The notes beneath the pieces are model-generated. The model had not been told where the DNA came from, made no database searches, and saw only the letters and a list, made by a program, of their open reading frames with translations. From assembly GCA_907165135.1 (NCBI GenBank), contig OU015569.1:9079889-9143888 (forward strand): DNA of 64,000 bases, written 5' to 3'. The position numbers and the translations under genes are program-made. The DNA comes from Oikopleura dioica. Its lineage: Eukaryota > Animalia > Chordata. Below, piece after piece: positions 13,937 to 26,485 of the stretch. Position 1 is the stretch's first letter, and the number at the start of each line of letters is the position of its first letter.

Positions 13937-13984
13937 GCGTGCAGGTCAGACCTGCACGCTCCTGTTAACGGGTTAAGTACTTAA

Positions 13985-15700
13985 GTAAGTACTGCTTACT
14001 TCTCATTGAGCATCCACTTTCGCATGGCATAGATGGTGTAGACGCCACAATCGTACTCGTTGAACTGCTGTGGAGAACTCTGGTGGTAGTAACGGAAGGG
14101 TAGGAATTTTTGGAAGCGGTTTGGGCCGTTCTTCAGACACTCGTCGCAAGGCCAGGGACGGTTCATCATTCCCCTAGTGGCTCGATCACAAACAAGTTTC
14201 CTGGGTCGCCGACCATTTAAAATTTGCAGACCGTTGTCGGTTCTTATAAGCAGCCCTCGTTTTAGTAGATCCAGGTGAGTATCTTTGAGATCTGGGTTGT
14301 CTTCGTCTAAATATGAGCACTGGTAAAAATTCTCGACGAAAAGTTAGATACAACGAGTTGAGAGTGATCAGGCAAATAAATTTCGAAATTTTGGCGAAAA
14401 TAGGGGGCGTGAAGCGAAAGCGAACTTCAGGGGTTGTCATTTTCGGGGGCGGAAGCGAAATTTTCGATTCGCTGTCGCTTCGCTTTTGGTGAAAATCGCC
14501 AAGCGAATAAATATGCCTGAGAGTGATGTCTTACCTAGAAACATCCCTGTTAAAAGCTCACAAGCTAATTCGCACTTTTGAATCCAATCCGACTTTGTAA
14601 GTGAGCACAAGTGATAGATCACTGGTTCTGATTCGTAGGGAGCGAACTGCGAGTACCGATTCGTGTCGATTCTTTCGTTTTCCAATAAATTGTATCTCTC
14701 TGCGAATTCCTCACTCACGTCAGAGGGTGTGCCACCATTACCGTCAGGATTCACTGGCTGAAGTAATGTTAGCATGACAAGAAAAGATTTATATGTATTC
14801 ATTATACTCAGTTCGAAAGAAACTTACCATATTAAAGACTTCCGTCGTTGGATCAGGATCAACGAGCCGCTCAACTGTCTTCCACGGGTTAACAACAACA
14901 ATGAGACTCCAGTGTGCATCTTGATTGACAGGCAGAAAAAGATACTTTCTTCTGAGCGGGTTAAACTTTTTCTGTGCCTCTATTCTCTGAAATATTCTTT
15001 TGTCAAAAGAATCAAGCTAACAACTCGAACCTTTTTATTGCGTCGTGGCCATATAAGATGTTTCACCGCTTCGTATCTGTTTGCTGGGTGTTGTATATGT
15101 CCACCAGGGCTTCGACGAAGTCTATGAATCGACGTCCAAACATACGTCGGAAGGATGTAGCACAGATCTTTATTTTCATCGCTCAGTTGGTCTGAAGTAT
15201 ATGAGCAATTGGATATTGAGTATAAACTAATAACTTACCGATTTCTTTTAGAATAAGAGCTTCCATATCGTCATCACTTAACCAAAATTCCTTCAGTGGT
15301 TCTAAAAGCAGCAGCAATAGGAAGAAATTCTACTGTGCGGACTTACGCATGCCAGCCTCTCGTAGACGATCTTTCGTTGGTAGCAGCATCTTTGCTCTGG
15401 CTTTTTCATAGTCGAGCTCGTAAGAACCGAAATATGGGTCTTTTTTCTTTCCGAATATTTTTGTGAGCTAGAATTTTATCAATTTTGCGTTAAGTTGACT
15501 CAATCGTACCGCTGTTGGTGGCCTAGCCGCGAGACCATGTGGCTCGCGTGGTGTATCCACCATTCTGAATGATAGCAGGTAATGAAGTTATCTTTCAATA
15601 TCAAGTAAGTTGTGATAAATTGTTCGGTGAATAAGCGAGAGTTGAACCTCGTATATTTAACTGCGTCAAAGGAGCTTTTAGGAATGTTATATTGCTTCGA
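13985..15700 (-). CDS. SENP/Ulp1-like cysteine protease (peptidase C48), multi-exon
   Basis: Minus-strand exons contain 'KYLFLPVNQDAHWSLIVVVNP' (catalytic His region, ~14880-14945). The C-terminal exon has 'QSSPQQFNEYDCGVYTIYAMRKWMLNEK*' (Gln/Cys of the C48 triad, ends ~13990). Upstream exons read 'FWLSDDDMEALILKEIG', 'RMFGRRFIDFVEALVDIYNTQQ' and 'DPYFGSYELDYEKARAKMLLPTKDRLREAGM'. gtaagt donors were seen. Confidence 0.6.
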
Positions 15701-17119
15701 ATATAACAATGCAGATAAATGTAGAATTAACGCACTCGATTGAGTTGCGCCCGGTCGGTTGTTGCGTATCTATTCATTGCCGCCCCTGCTCTACACTGGG
15801 CGACGCGCAGTTGCCGAAGCTAGCACAACTCAAACGTTTTGTCCGTTTTTGGCTGATAACTGGAAGTTAACTGTAAATGAAAGGGGGAGGGGTCTTCCGA
15901 GGGTCTTCTCCTTTCATGCATTATTGGAGGCTGTAAATTATGGGAGTACCCTAAGACCAAGGGCGGTGAAAGGGGTACATAAAATGAGTATGTCCATCAA
16001 ACCGTCCATTAGCCGGAAAAAGGCTTTGATAAATTGATTGATAACCAGGAAATTCATTTGCAGGAACTCCTACTATTTCTCCGTTTCTGAAGATTTTATA
16101 TCTTTTATCCGGGTATTTCCGAATATCAAAGTAAGGACCCAAGTGCTCTATCATAGAAACACCACGAGGGGAATTCGCAGGTCGAGGTTCCGTCATTTTG
16201 ATCTAGGAATGAGAAATTATAATTTTGAGATTAAAATATCAATGATGATTTTTAAGCAGTGAGCGAGAACAATGTTCTCTGAAAATGACATATTCTTATT
16301 CCTGTGGCTATGATACCTTAAACTTGCACGCGATAATAATTTTAACGGGGCATTTGGTTCTCACGAAAAGAACATTTTTCTTATCGCATGAAGTCGAGGT
16401 AAAAAAAGCGCCAAGAATAAGACGAAATTGTCAATGTAAATTAAATAGAAAAATTCTTAGGCCAAGGGGTTTCTATTGGCGCAAAGGTGGTAGGGGTTTT
16501 ATATCAAGAGAAAGGAGAACAATTAAATAGGGCAAAGGATGGCAAAGAAGTATGAACTAAAGGAGTATATAACTGAGTGATATAAGTGTAGAAAGTGAGT
16601 ATGGATAAAGGGGAGTTGAACTAAGAACTTGAACTTAAGGAGAGGAGGAAATTAAAATAATGTTTCCTAAGGAGTAAATGGATACGCAATATTTTAAGCA
16701 AAATAACGGCGAAAGTTAAACTTCGAACGTGAACCTTAGGAACTCATTCGAAATTGAAAAGAGCGATTTCACTCTAAGGAATGTCAAAGTAATCAAGGTT
16801 TCCTGATAAAAGAAAGATGTAGCAAGAAAGCGAGGAGCATTCACCGCGAGCTAGCACGGGCGTAAAATAGCACAAGCTGCCTTACTGTGTAAATGAGACG
16901 AGAAAGATGTTCAGGAGTGGTTAGACAAATATAAAAGAGGACATTCACAAAGAGAATTAAAAGAGCAATTTTGTTTTGGCTTTGAGTAGCGTTGATAGGC
17001 TAGTTCTATCCAAGAGGTATTCGAATTTTTAGACGTGGCTAGCTAGCGTGCGCAATCATGCACTACACTAGTACAGTAGATAAAAGATGGACGGAAAGGG
17101 CCGTGGTCTTAACGCTAGC

Positions 17120-17690
17120 GCCAGGCGAATTTAAACAGGTTTTTTTTAACGTTGCACATAATTTGTGGAGCGTTTTTGATGGTGTTAGAGTTGAGATATT
17201 TCAATTCTCTCTTTTGCACCTTATTTAGGAGGGTCTGTATTATGTTAAATAAGCTTTTCGTGTCGGCACCATCACTGGTGGTGGAGTAATCACGACATCC
17301 AAAATACACAAAAATCATGCGAAAAAATCTTGATGACGTCATTACTCCACCACCAACCTTGGTGCTGGCACCAAAAACTATCAGGATTATTTCGTATACA
17401 TGTAGAAAACGTCCCTGTATGATAAAAAAGCATATCTGGTGCTTTTAAGGACTTTTCAAATTTTCTTCCACCATTCATACTTTGCCGCGAATTCCCAATT
17501 AATGACGTCATTACTCCACCACCAGTGATGCTGCCGACACCAAAAGCTTATTTAACATACTACAGACCCTCCCCTACATGGTGCAAGAGAGATAACCAAA
17601 ATAGCTCAACTCTAACCCGCGGAAAAATGCTCCACAAAAATGGTGCAACGTTAAAAAAAACCTGTTTTAGTCTTCAGGCGAAGGTGAAAA
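17120..17690. mobile_element. Foldback/MITE-like non-autonomous element with ~190-bp terminal inverted repeats
   Basis: 17120-17300 is the near-exact reverse complement of ~17490-17690 ('aaacaggttttttttaacgttgcac...gtcggcaccatcactggtggtggagtaat'). The interior repeats 'tgacgtcattactccaccacc' (17282, 17337, 17505). No ORF. Confidence 0.6.
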
Positions 17691-18899
17691 GATCTTCGGT
17701 GTTGCTAGATCGAGTGCGCATTCCAACCATCGAGCGCGTGTTGTAAGCATGAGCACCACCCATGACTCGGATTTTTTTCGGACTGGAGTCTTTGCTGAAT
17801 TACAACCTTCTATGGCCGTTCAAATGCAAAAACGACTTACGTTCTTTTTATAATCACGTAAGGGTCGACGGGAGCTTTCACAGGGGACTTCTTTATCGGC
17901 GTTTTGTGCACTTTATTGTCCAAAGATCTTGCCGCCTAAAAAAGTCTGTAACAGAGTGTCGCTTTCGTGATGTCTTACTCTCGTGCTAATTGCCTTCTTA
18001 TTTCTAGGGGTCGATGGCATCAGACGCTTCGCTCGCTGGGCTTTCTTCGAGCGATAAAATCTAGGCACATGCTTTGCAGCTACGGGCTCCCAGCTATACT
18101 GAGAGTCAGGTGCATCAGCCGAAGAGAGAGGCCGATCAGCGGCGAAATCGTAGCCCCACCGAGCCGAGGCTTCTTGGATCTCCTCTTAATTCGTTCATTT
18201 CAATCAACAACAACTTGCGATACTTACTTTTCTCGAGTTGACGAAAATCGCCATCAATGCGTTCTGAGCATCTGCTTCCAAAAAGTGATCTTCTAGCGCC
18301 ACGCTTGGGGCTTCCCGCCGACTTCATTTTCTAAAGAGTCAAAATATGTGAGTTTGTTCATTGAAGGTAGGATAAAAATTTCGAATAAAATCAAAGTTTA
18401 AGAAATATCAGATAGGTAAGTGAAAATAAATAGTTGATTGTTACAGAAAATTTAACATCAAAAGTTTTAACACAATCAAAAGAAGAGATAAAAAACAGGG
18501 TACATGATCGAGTGCTAAAGGCACTTTAAAACACAGGGAATGAATGTTTGTAAATTGGTAAAAATTCTATGAACAGGAGGAGACATCATTCCGTCTCAAC
18601 ATGGGAAAGAACCGCGGAAAAGCCCGTCAGGAGTTTGATCGCCGTAGATCGCATTGAGTTTAATTGATCACTAATTCGACTCGAATCGGATTCAGACTCG
18701 TCGCTTTTGCCGCAGCCATCTTTATCAAAGAGGAGCACCGCCAAGTCACCGAAGGAGTGTTCTAGTTCCTCGCGTGTTAACTCCCTCTTTTCTTTCCGCG
18801 AGGGCGTCGTGTCCGAGTTGTCTTAATTCATAAATGAGATTTCGATTTATTCATATAAAGCCTATAAAAAAACATGTCCACTAAACTTTTCATCTCTTA

Positions 18900-19500
18900 A
18901 TTACGAGGGGTCATTACCGTAGTTAAGCTCAAAGCGTTCATCTCTGGAATAACTGGGCTCGTCTTCTTGTGAAGCAGAAAGCGGAGAGTTCTGATAAGTT
19001 GAATTTAATCGGCTTGTAGCGCCATCGAACGATTCGCGAAGATTGAGCTCAGCACTTGATAAGTCATCCATAGTTTGATACCATTTCCAAAGACTGCCAC
19101 TCTCACGGCCTGAAACGAAATGTAAGCATTTTGAAGAAACGGCGAACGCCGTGGGAAGCAATGCGTTTTCGTCTTCTCAACTAATTTGATGCATTCTCAG
19201 CTAACGAAACAGGAATGATTTTAGGAATTACCGTCATCGACTGCCTGTTTTCTATTTCTGAACTGCGTTTTCAAGTTTTGTAGCTTGGCAGCCAGTTGCT
19301 CTCGCTCGTAAGTTCCGTCGCCGTCCAGTCCGCACCTTCTATTCATCTCATCCGCCACCTGAACCATGATTGCATCAAAAAACAGAAACAAGTTTACCTC
19401 TTGGAAAGATCCTTTTCCCAGCCGACCTGAACTGAGCATTCGATTTTGAAGAACGAACTTGTAGCAGTCGAGGAGTATTTCGACGTGGGCGTCGGGCATG
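18900..19500 (-). CDS. Possible Myb/SANT(MADF)-like DNA-binding protein exons
   Basis: Minus ORFs 19221-19499 and 18901-19161. 'LGKGSFQE..MNRRCGLDGDGTYEREQLAAKLQNLKTQFRNRKQ..SLWKWYQTMDDL' weakly resembles MADF/MSANTD helices. Confidence 0.2.
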
Positions 19501-19674
19501 CGCCCTCTTCTTTCGGATCCTAAATTTTTCGGATAGAATCACTCTTTCTCGCGAGGAACTCATAATAATGCTACGTTTGTGTGTTACTAAAAGACCTGAT
19601 CTGCAGAATACAATTTGTTGGTGTTTGTTAACTTAAAAGTCAAATAGAAGGCGACCCTTTTTTCGCTTGATTCA

Positions 19675-20133
19675 GGTCTAGCAGACATACTTGCGCATCA
19701 GTGCGTCTGGGGTCGGCAACCCATCTTTCAAACAAAAGATGGGAAAGGGAAAGATGGGTTTTCCGAAAGATGGGAATGGTGGGAAAGATGGGTTCAAAAG
19801 ATGGGAAAGATGGGTTACAGAAAAGATGGGAAAGGTGGGTCACAAAGATGGGAATGTTGGGTCCCAAAGATGGGAATGATGGGTTTTAAAAAACGGAAAA
19901 ATTTGTTTTCCAGAAAATGAGCGACAAATTTAATTTCATTCAAGGGCAAAACCCATTTTTCCCATCTTTCCCATCTTTTGCAAACCCAACTTTCCCATCT
20001 TTCAGACCAAAAGATGGGTGAGGGAAAAAGGGCAAAAACCCATCTTTCCCACCTTTCCCCTAACCCACCTTTCCCATCATTCCCATCTTTGAAAGATGGG
20101 TCGCCGACCCCAGCAGTGCGTGATGATCGAATT
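19675..20133. repeat. Foldback element whose two arms are inverted arrays of an (AAGATGGG(A/T)...) minisatellite, closed by ~45-bp terminal inverted repeats
   Basis: + arm 19725-19890 holds ~15 units 'aagatgggaaagg/gatgggaatg'. - arm 19950-20095 holds the complement 'cccatctttccc'. The termini 'ctagcagacatacttgcgcatcagtgcgtctggggtcggcaacccatc' and 'gatgggtcgccgaccccagcagtgcgtgatgatcgaattctgctag' are reverse complements. Confidence 0.7.
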
Positions 20134-20147
20134 CTGCTAGCTTGAGT

Positions 20148-21411
20148 TCACAAAATACAACTTCCTTGGCGGAATTTACCTGGCAAGGAACCGTTCGCCG
20201 ACGGATACGTGCTTGTCTGCTTTTTGTCGAGATCGAAGAGACTGGCGTCGACTTGGGAAGCGTCAATGAACCGCTCGCGTTCGCCCTTTCCTCCGCTACT
20301 TTCCGCATTTTCGTCCGTGCCAGAAGCGATTTTAACCTCGCGCTGTCCTCCTGAGAATAACTTCTTCTCCGGCGGCTCTAGGCTCTCCGATTCCGTTTGG
20401 TTTCTTTTCAGCTGAATAAAATGCTCAGTTCTTGGAATAAAACTTGTGGAATGAAAAGTTCCTGCGATTTTTAGTTCCGGTCTGCTAGTCACTGGAGCTT
20501 ATTTTGCACAGGCTTTACCTTTCGATGAATTCCGTCGATAGATGGGATCATCACTTGTGAAACTTGTGCAAAGGTAACTGTGGCTGCATTTACTCTGCGT
20601 AAAGTAACTACGTCTCTGACAGTAACGTACTTTTTCGGACAGGCGTTTCATCTGCTTTTTCCAGCGCCAGGAGGAAGGGAGTCCGTTTCTTTCCTCTTTT
20701 TCGATTTCCCTTTTGAAGCTAGAAACGAGCAGCGAAATGCGATCGACGACCTGGTCCGCTTTGAGTTCGTGCTCCAGCTGCAACTCTGCGCTGAGCAATT
20801 TCGCCGCCTAAACTACTCTTTCAGAAGATCACTCGACAGAAATGGATGGAGCGCGAAATTTCCAGCACCGAAATTCAAAACTTGACGAAATTTCCGACTT
20901 CCAACCTTTCCATGGTCAACGTCGCCTTGCTCGGCTTGAGCAGCTAGAATCCTCAGCAACGCTTCGGTCTTGTCTTTCGTCCAGAACTTCTGGAAGGTCT
21001 CGCGTTTGTGCCGCGCCGAGAACGCTGTTCCGTCTTCGTCGAGTTCCTGTTTCTTGGAAGAGTCGAGCAGAGTCTCTTCTATTCCGCTTACTTCTTCCAT
21101 TTTGAAGGAGAGCTTCTGGAGTCGGGCGACTTCTCTTGGAAAGACGGGCGCTGTTTGATTCTAGCGCAGGCTTTATTTACATGGGCGCGAGGGTGTTTAT
21201 AAGTTGAATGTTGCGCCAAGCTGCCTTTCATTTTTCGTTCACCTACGAGCAAGGAGCTTCGAAAACTTTCGGAAATCTGATCATTTTTGGACGAATGGCG
21301 CGCACAACCAAAATGCGCGGCGACCAATCGAAAGCCTTGCTCGGGGCACAAATGGAGCACGTACTGGCGCGTAGTAGCGCTCTTCTCACGTACCAACTCG
21401 CCCCAATCCAA
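20148..21411 (-). CDS. Unknown multi-exon gene (consecutive minus-strand ORFs)
   Basis: ORFs 21088-21411, 20813-21100, 20499-20798 and 20148-20492 abut one another on the minus strand. They are GC-richer than surroundings. No family recognised. Confidence 0.2.
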
Positions 21412-21783
21412 AAAGGTTGAGAAAAAGGAAAAATCACTTCCCGCCGCGCAAACAGCAGTTCCACTTCTCTCTTTGCTTTCTCACATTCGCCGAGTGGAAG
21501 GGAGGTTCGCGTCTTGTGAACTAGCCCCGCTTAGGTGGCGACAAACAGCACAGAAGTAGTCATGCTTGAACGGACATCCTCGGGAATATCATCTCCGAAT
21601 AGTCCCTTACTCTTTCTTTAGTAACATGGCGTTTTTGAAAATACTTTATTGTCTAACACAGAATCTGACTTAAGACTAAAAACGAAGGCAGTTGACGCTG
21701 CTGTAGTGATGCTGAGGGTGAATAGGATTTAATGAGATTTAGAAAAAAGACGCAGAAAATATCCAAAAATGTGTCAGGAAAAA

Positions 21784-22730
21784 AATTACACAAAGAGTTC
21801 GATCAACTGCCGAAGGGAGTATTTCTTTCGGCACTTGGGGCAATGGTTGACGACTTGGTTCGGGCCCGGCATTCTTCCGTACACGGAGCATGCAGCCATC
21901 TCCAGACACGGCCTGCAAAACGGATGTCCGCAGGGAGTCGTCACTATCTAAAAAGAAGCGAAATTGAAAAGAAACTTTGAGCAAAAAAAATACCTTTTTG
22001 CCGCTGCTTCTGATTTCGGCCATCGTTTCCATGCAAATGTTGCAGGAGAAGCCAATGTCTGCTGGTGGCGGCGGAGGAGCGTTCCTTGAATCGGGCTGGT
22101 TCGTCAGCGGAATCAGTTCTTTCAGAACTATCTTTGGTCGCTTTCTAGCTGCTTTCACGGGTGCTTTCGGACTCGGTTCTAAAATTGATTGATGAATTAC
22201 CCAAATCCGTCCAAAAGAAGAAAACGGCATGAAAATAAAATACTATTGATTGTTCGTTACTTCATAATCGAGTTTGAAAATCTCGAGCAAAAAATGAGCG
22301 AATTTGACACGGTTCTTACTTTGCTGAGGAAGGTCAGTACTGGCACTGCTCATCGATAAATGAGGGTTAAATAGAGTTCGAGGAAGATAACCCCCGAAAA
22401 CGTGAACCCCGCTTATATGACTTCGAAACGCTCTCGATGAAAATAGAAGCTCTTTTTTAACTTACTTACGAAAGAAAAAGAACTAATTTCGAAGCCCGTT
22501 TCTAAAATAATTCCAAAACGTACTTTTTTGCGGCTCGTTCTGTCGACCGCCGTTAGCAGCAGGAGCACGGTCTTCTTCTTCATCGCTGTCGTCGATCGAA
22601 ATGACGGTTTGGCTGAGGCTCGGGCGCTTTTTCGCTCGTTGATTCTTGTTATTGGTATTTGTAAGGTCGACGCAAACGGGCAGTTCTCCTGATTCTTCCG
22701 AGTCGGAAATGCTAAAAAGAAAAATTAGTT
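21784..22730 (-). CDS. RNF4-like RING-finger protein (SUMO-targeted ubiquitin ligase type), >=3 exons
   Basis: C-terminal RING spliced across a ~40-bp intron (gtatttttt...ttttag): 'FSCNICMETMAEIRSSGKK|IVTTPCGHPFCRPCLEMAACSVYGRMPGPNQVVNHCPKCRKKYSLRQLIELFV*'. It aligns to the RNF4 RING 'SCPICMDGYSEIVQNGRLIVSTECGHVFCSQCL..CPTCRKK'. An upstream exon has SIM-like 'VCVDLTNTN' and 'VISIDDSDEEED'. Confidence 0.6.
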
Positions 22731-24589
22731 TAAACGAGCGACACTAAAGAGAAAAAATACCAAATTATGCCTGAGGAGTTTGCCGAGGAGTTGCACGAGG
22801 AGGTGGAGGGACTGTCAATTGCGTCCAGGTCCAGGATTTGCTTTTTGTTTACTTTCGTTCTGTTCCTTGCGGAAACTGATTTGGTTGCCATTTGACGAGG
22901 TTGTTCTACTGGCGGAACAACTTCTGCTTCATCTAAATCGATTGGCAATTGACAATTGTTGAAGAATAAAAAAGGGAAAGATCGAGTAGCGTCACCTTCG
23001 CTAGAGTAAAAAAGAGCGGCTTAATCTCATGGTCGTAATGTTTGCCAAATTATTGTTCATTTGTTAAAAGAGCGCGCTAGAGAAGCCGAGATAATTCAGA
23101 CAAACCTTGAGAAACTGGAGCAGCGGCGGCGATCTGTTCCGACTGCGGTTGTTCGGATTGAGAAGATGCTTCCAGAGATCTTCGTTGCGAGCGTGTTCGC
23201 ATCTGTTCCTCTTCGTTTGGAAACGCGACTAGAAATCCGTTAAATTCGTAGAATTTGAAGAGAAAGAGAAGCGGATCTTTCGCTGATCGAATATGAGGTG
23301 AAGGTGCACTAAAAATCTACTCCCAGTCCAGATTAATTCCACAACGAAACCCATCACTATTAATTTAACCTTCGTTTAGCATTTCCGTTATAGAATCGCT
23401 CATTTCTTCTATATTTATCTGATTCATGCTACCTTATCATATTCTCATCGAACATACAAATTCAAGAAATTTAATTCTAGAAAGTCAAAATCTCTTTGAA
23501 ACAAAGCTTACCTTTATTCTTCGATTCTTCTTTGCTGAGAGAGAGAGTCTACAAGCTAGTAATTGTAGATTTACTAAAGTTAATCTTCTATTTGTTCTCT
23601 AGAATCTCTAGTTGTTGCTCGCTTTAGTTTCGCTTTTTTTCGATTTTCTGGAAAAGGCGCGTTTTGCGCTTTGCTCAAGTCGAGCGCTAATGGCCAAGAG
23701 CGCGCTAGGCCAATCGCGCGCCGCTCGAAGCCAACTCCAATTGACCTTCCCTTTTCCTTTTCCCTGAGAACATTCACACTATCTACAGAACAATTTTGCC
23801 ACTAGTGTCCCTGCAATTAGCTTTTTCTTGAAATCTTAAAATTTTCTATATAATTTATTTAACTTACGAAGTACCTAATTCATTAACCAGCTAAGGATAA
23901 TCTCTTCCGTAGTTACTGTAAATTCAATTGTAAACTCTGTCTTTTGCTTTGTTCATCGCCCATTTTTCCTTCGTCTATTCAAAGTCTGAATTTCAGACTC
24001 TGAAACCTCCCAAAAAAGACCTCGGCTTTTATTGACTTGAGCTCGCGATTTCGAGCCGTTTCGAGCCAAACCGCTGTTTTGCAAAAATTAGAAAATTCAA
24101 AATAAGTTATATCCGAACACATCGGATTTTCAAATGAAATGATTTGATTCGCTGCTTTGGAAAAACTAACGACTCGAATTTTCACTTTTCGTTTTTACGA
24201 AGTCGAGTTTCGGAGACAAAAGAGATCATCTTTGAAACGAACAAAAGAGCGCTTTTCTTTTTGATAGATTTTAGATTTTGAACTTTGACGAATTCAAATT
24301 TGAGTAAAGAAAGAAGCATGAATACGCTTCCAATGAATGCCATTTTTCGACTGCGCAAATATTTGCGAATTTCTATCTGCGATGGGCGTTGAAAAAAACT
24401 AAAACCAACATTTCCATTTCAGAGACAGTTTTTTGCCAAATTACTCTACAGAAAGCGACACATTCGTTGAACACGGTTTCAAAATTATTTTTAAAAAACA
24501 GTACTCATTTTGCCAACTTTTCAATTTCCATGTTTTCGCTTCTTAGAATGTTTCGTCTGACATCTCGAGCGAGCAGCAGATCAGCTTGT

Positions 24590-26306
24590 AGTTCGGTCGA
24601 AGCGCGACTTGAAAAGCTCAAGGGAGGATCGGTCGACTTCCAAGTCAACAAGAACATCGGTTACATCAGGTTCTTAGACAACCCCTTTTTCAGTCTTTTC
24701 AATTGCTTTCGATTCAGGATTAACAACCCGAAGAAATTCAACGCTCTCACTGGCAGGAATGGGTTCGAACGAAGAATTCTGCTCTGGAAGAAATTAAAAA
24801 ATGGAACCCGAAAAGTATGATGCTCGATTTGGCGCGAGTACTCGACGAGGTGGACAAATTCGACGGAACTGGCATCGTCCTCACTGGAGAAGGAAAAGCA
24901 TTTTGTGCTGGATCCGACTTAAGAAACGGTTTCTAGGGCAGTCGAATCAGCCAACCCACCGGGCAGTTGATATTTTTTTTTTTTTTGCTTTATTGAAGAT
25001 GAATTTCGCGGTAGAATTTTTTAATCCGATTTTATTCACAACGGTTTTTCCATTATTTTCAAATCGAGTAAATTTATTTATCCGTTTCTCAGTTTTTATT
25101 TAAAAAAATGGGATTATCACAAAAAACACTCCCTTAAAATGAAACTACTCGGCACTAGTCTAGGCAGTCGATTTTCACGTGAGCTTGAATAATTACGTAC
25201 TAGCCCTGATTTAGCACAGTTACTATTTTCAGAGTCAATTTTTGTAGAACTGATCTAGCAGCGCAAAAACGGCTAAAATGAAACCTTTTGTAAAGTTGCC
25301 TTTCGGAATTCGGGCAAGGCTTCGAAAGTTCATCCCTTGCGAATCTTTTTATTAAGTACCCCAGAAGATGGCGTTAAAATGGCTCAATTTATGCATGCGG
25401 CAACGAATCGGTTGTATTCGAATGACAATCAACTCACAGTTTCTTTTATTAATGGTCCAGCATTCGGGGGCGGCTCTGAGTTAGCGACAGGGAACGTTTG
25501 GATAGAGTCGAGTACCTCCCTGGAACTCGACCAGACATAAGACAAAAACATTAACGCGAAAATAGAGAAGGCAACTTTTCCGAAACGCCCCAACAGCCAC
25601 CGATTTGAGAATAGCCGCTCCAGAAGCAAAGGTTTCATTTAACGTTCGATTAAAACATCTTTGAAAACTGATGCTTTAGTTGGCCACTGTTCACAAGAAC
25701 CTCGCCCTTCAGGAGCGAATCTCAATTTTCGAAATTTTCGTGTGTTTTTATATCCCTTTTTTCGTGGAATCAGTTAATAATTGTAGTTATCTTTGTTTAC
25801 AATTAATGACGGCGCAAGAATAAGCTTAGACTGTCTTGTCTGCCCTCTTCTGAATTCATTTAGGCAAGAGTGAGACTATCAGCAGACACTCGGATATTAA
25901 ACCGCGCCAGACATTTTTCTTTCTCCGGCGAATTAGAAATGTTGCATCGGAGTGTTCGGTAGAGATTCGTGTTCACAGCCAGGCTGGGCTGGTGCTACTC
26001 GTCTTGTTAGGTTCCGTGTTCAATCATTAATGATTCAGTCAGCCACTTAGAAACACTGACTTGGAGCTTGATGAATTATACATTTTCTAAATTGAATTTT
26101 TCTTTAGTTAAGAGTATTTCACCGATCAACAAGTCAGCCTGATCGACAGAAAGAGAGCTCAGCTATGAATCATGATTAACAGGCTGGTCGGCGCTCAGAA
26201 CGCGCTATACATGCTCAGCACCGCCAAAGTCTTCAACGCACAGGAATTAGTTGATATTGGCTTTTGTGTCCCAGAGATTATCGAAGATATTGAAGTCAAG
26301 GATTAA
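24590..26306 (+). CDS. Enoyl-CoA hydratase/isomerase (crotonase) family protein, multi-exon
   Basis: Exon ~24815-24925 'MMLDLARVLDEVDKFDGTGIVLTGEGKAFCAGSDLRN' (crotonase 'VLTG.G.AFCAGADL'). Exon ~25340-25500 'FINGPAFGGGSELATGNVWI' (oxyanion-hole 'ING.A.GGG.ELA'). Also 'VDFQVNKNIGYIRFLDNP..NALTG' (~24630-24770), and a terminal exon 'RLVGAQNALYMLSTAKVFNAQELVDIGFCVPEIIEDIEVKD*' (~26170-26306). Confidence 0.55.
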
Positions 26307-26485
26307 ATTATGTTTTTCCAATGACCCGAAAGGCTTTCTAGAATCGATTTAGTTTTCTTGGAGGGCTACTCTGTTCGTTCTTTTTTTACTGTTCTCTCAC
26401 GGGCTCTACTTGTCGCAAAGGTATTTAATTATAAATCAACTTTCGAGTTCATAGCCTAGCGCCGGGCTGGATCATATTTTAGTCA

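Noticed and set aside
19640-19889. ORFs 19691-19879, 19701-19889 (+) and 19640-19867 (-) with 'MGKGKMGFPKDGNGGKDG'-type peptides
   Set aside because: They are translations of the (AAGATGGG)n minisatellite, which is not coding.
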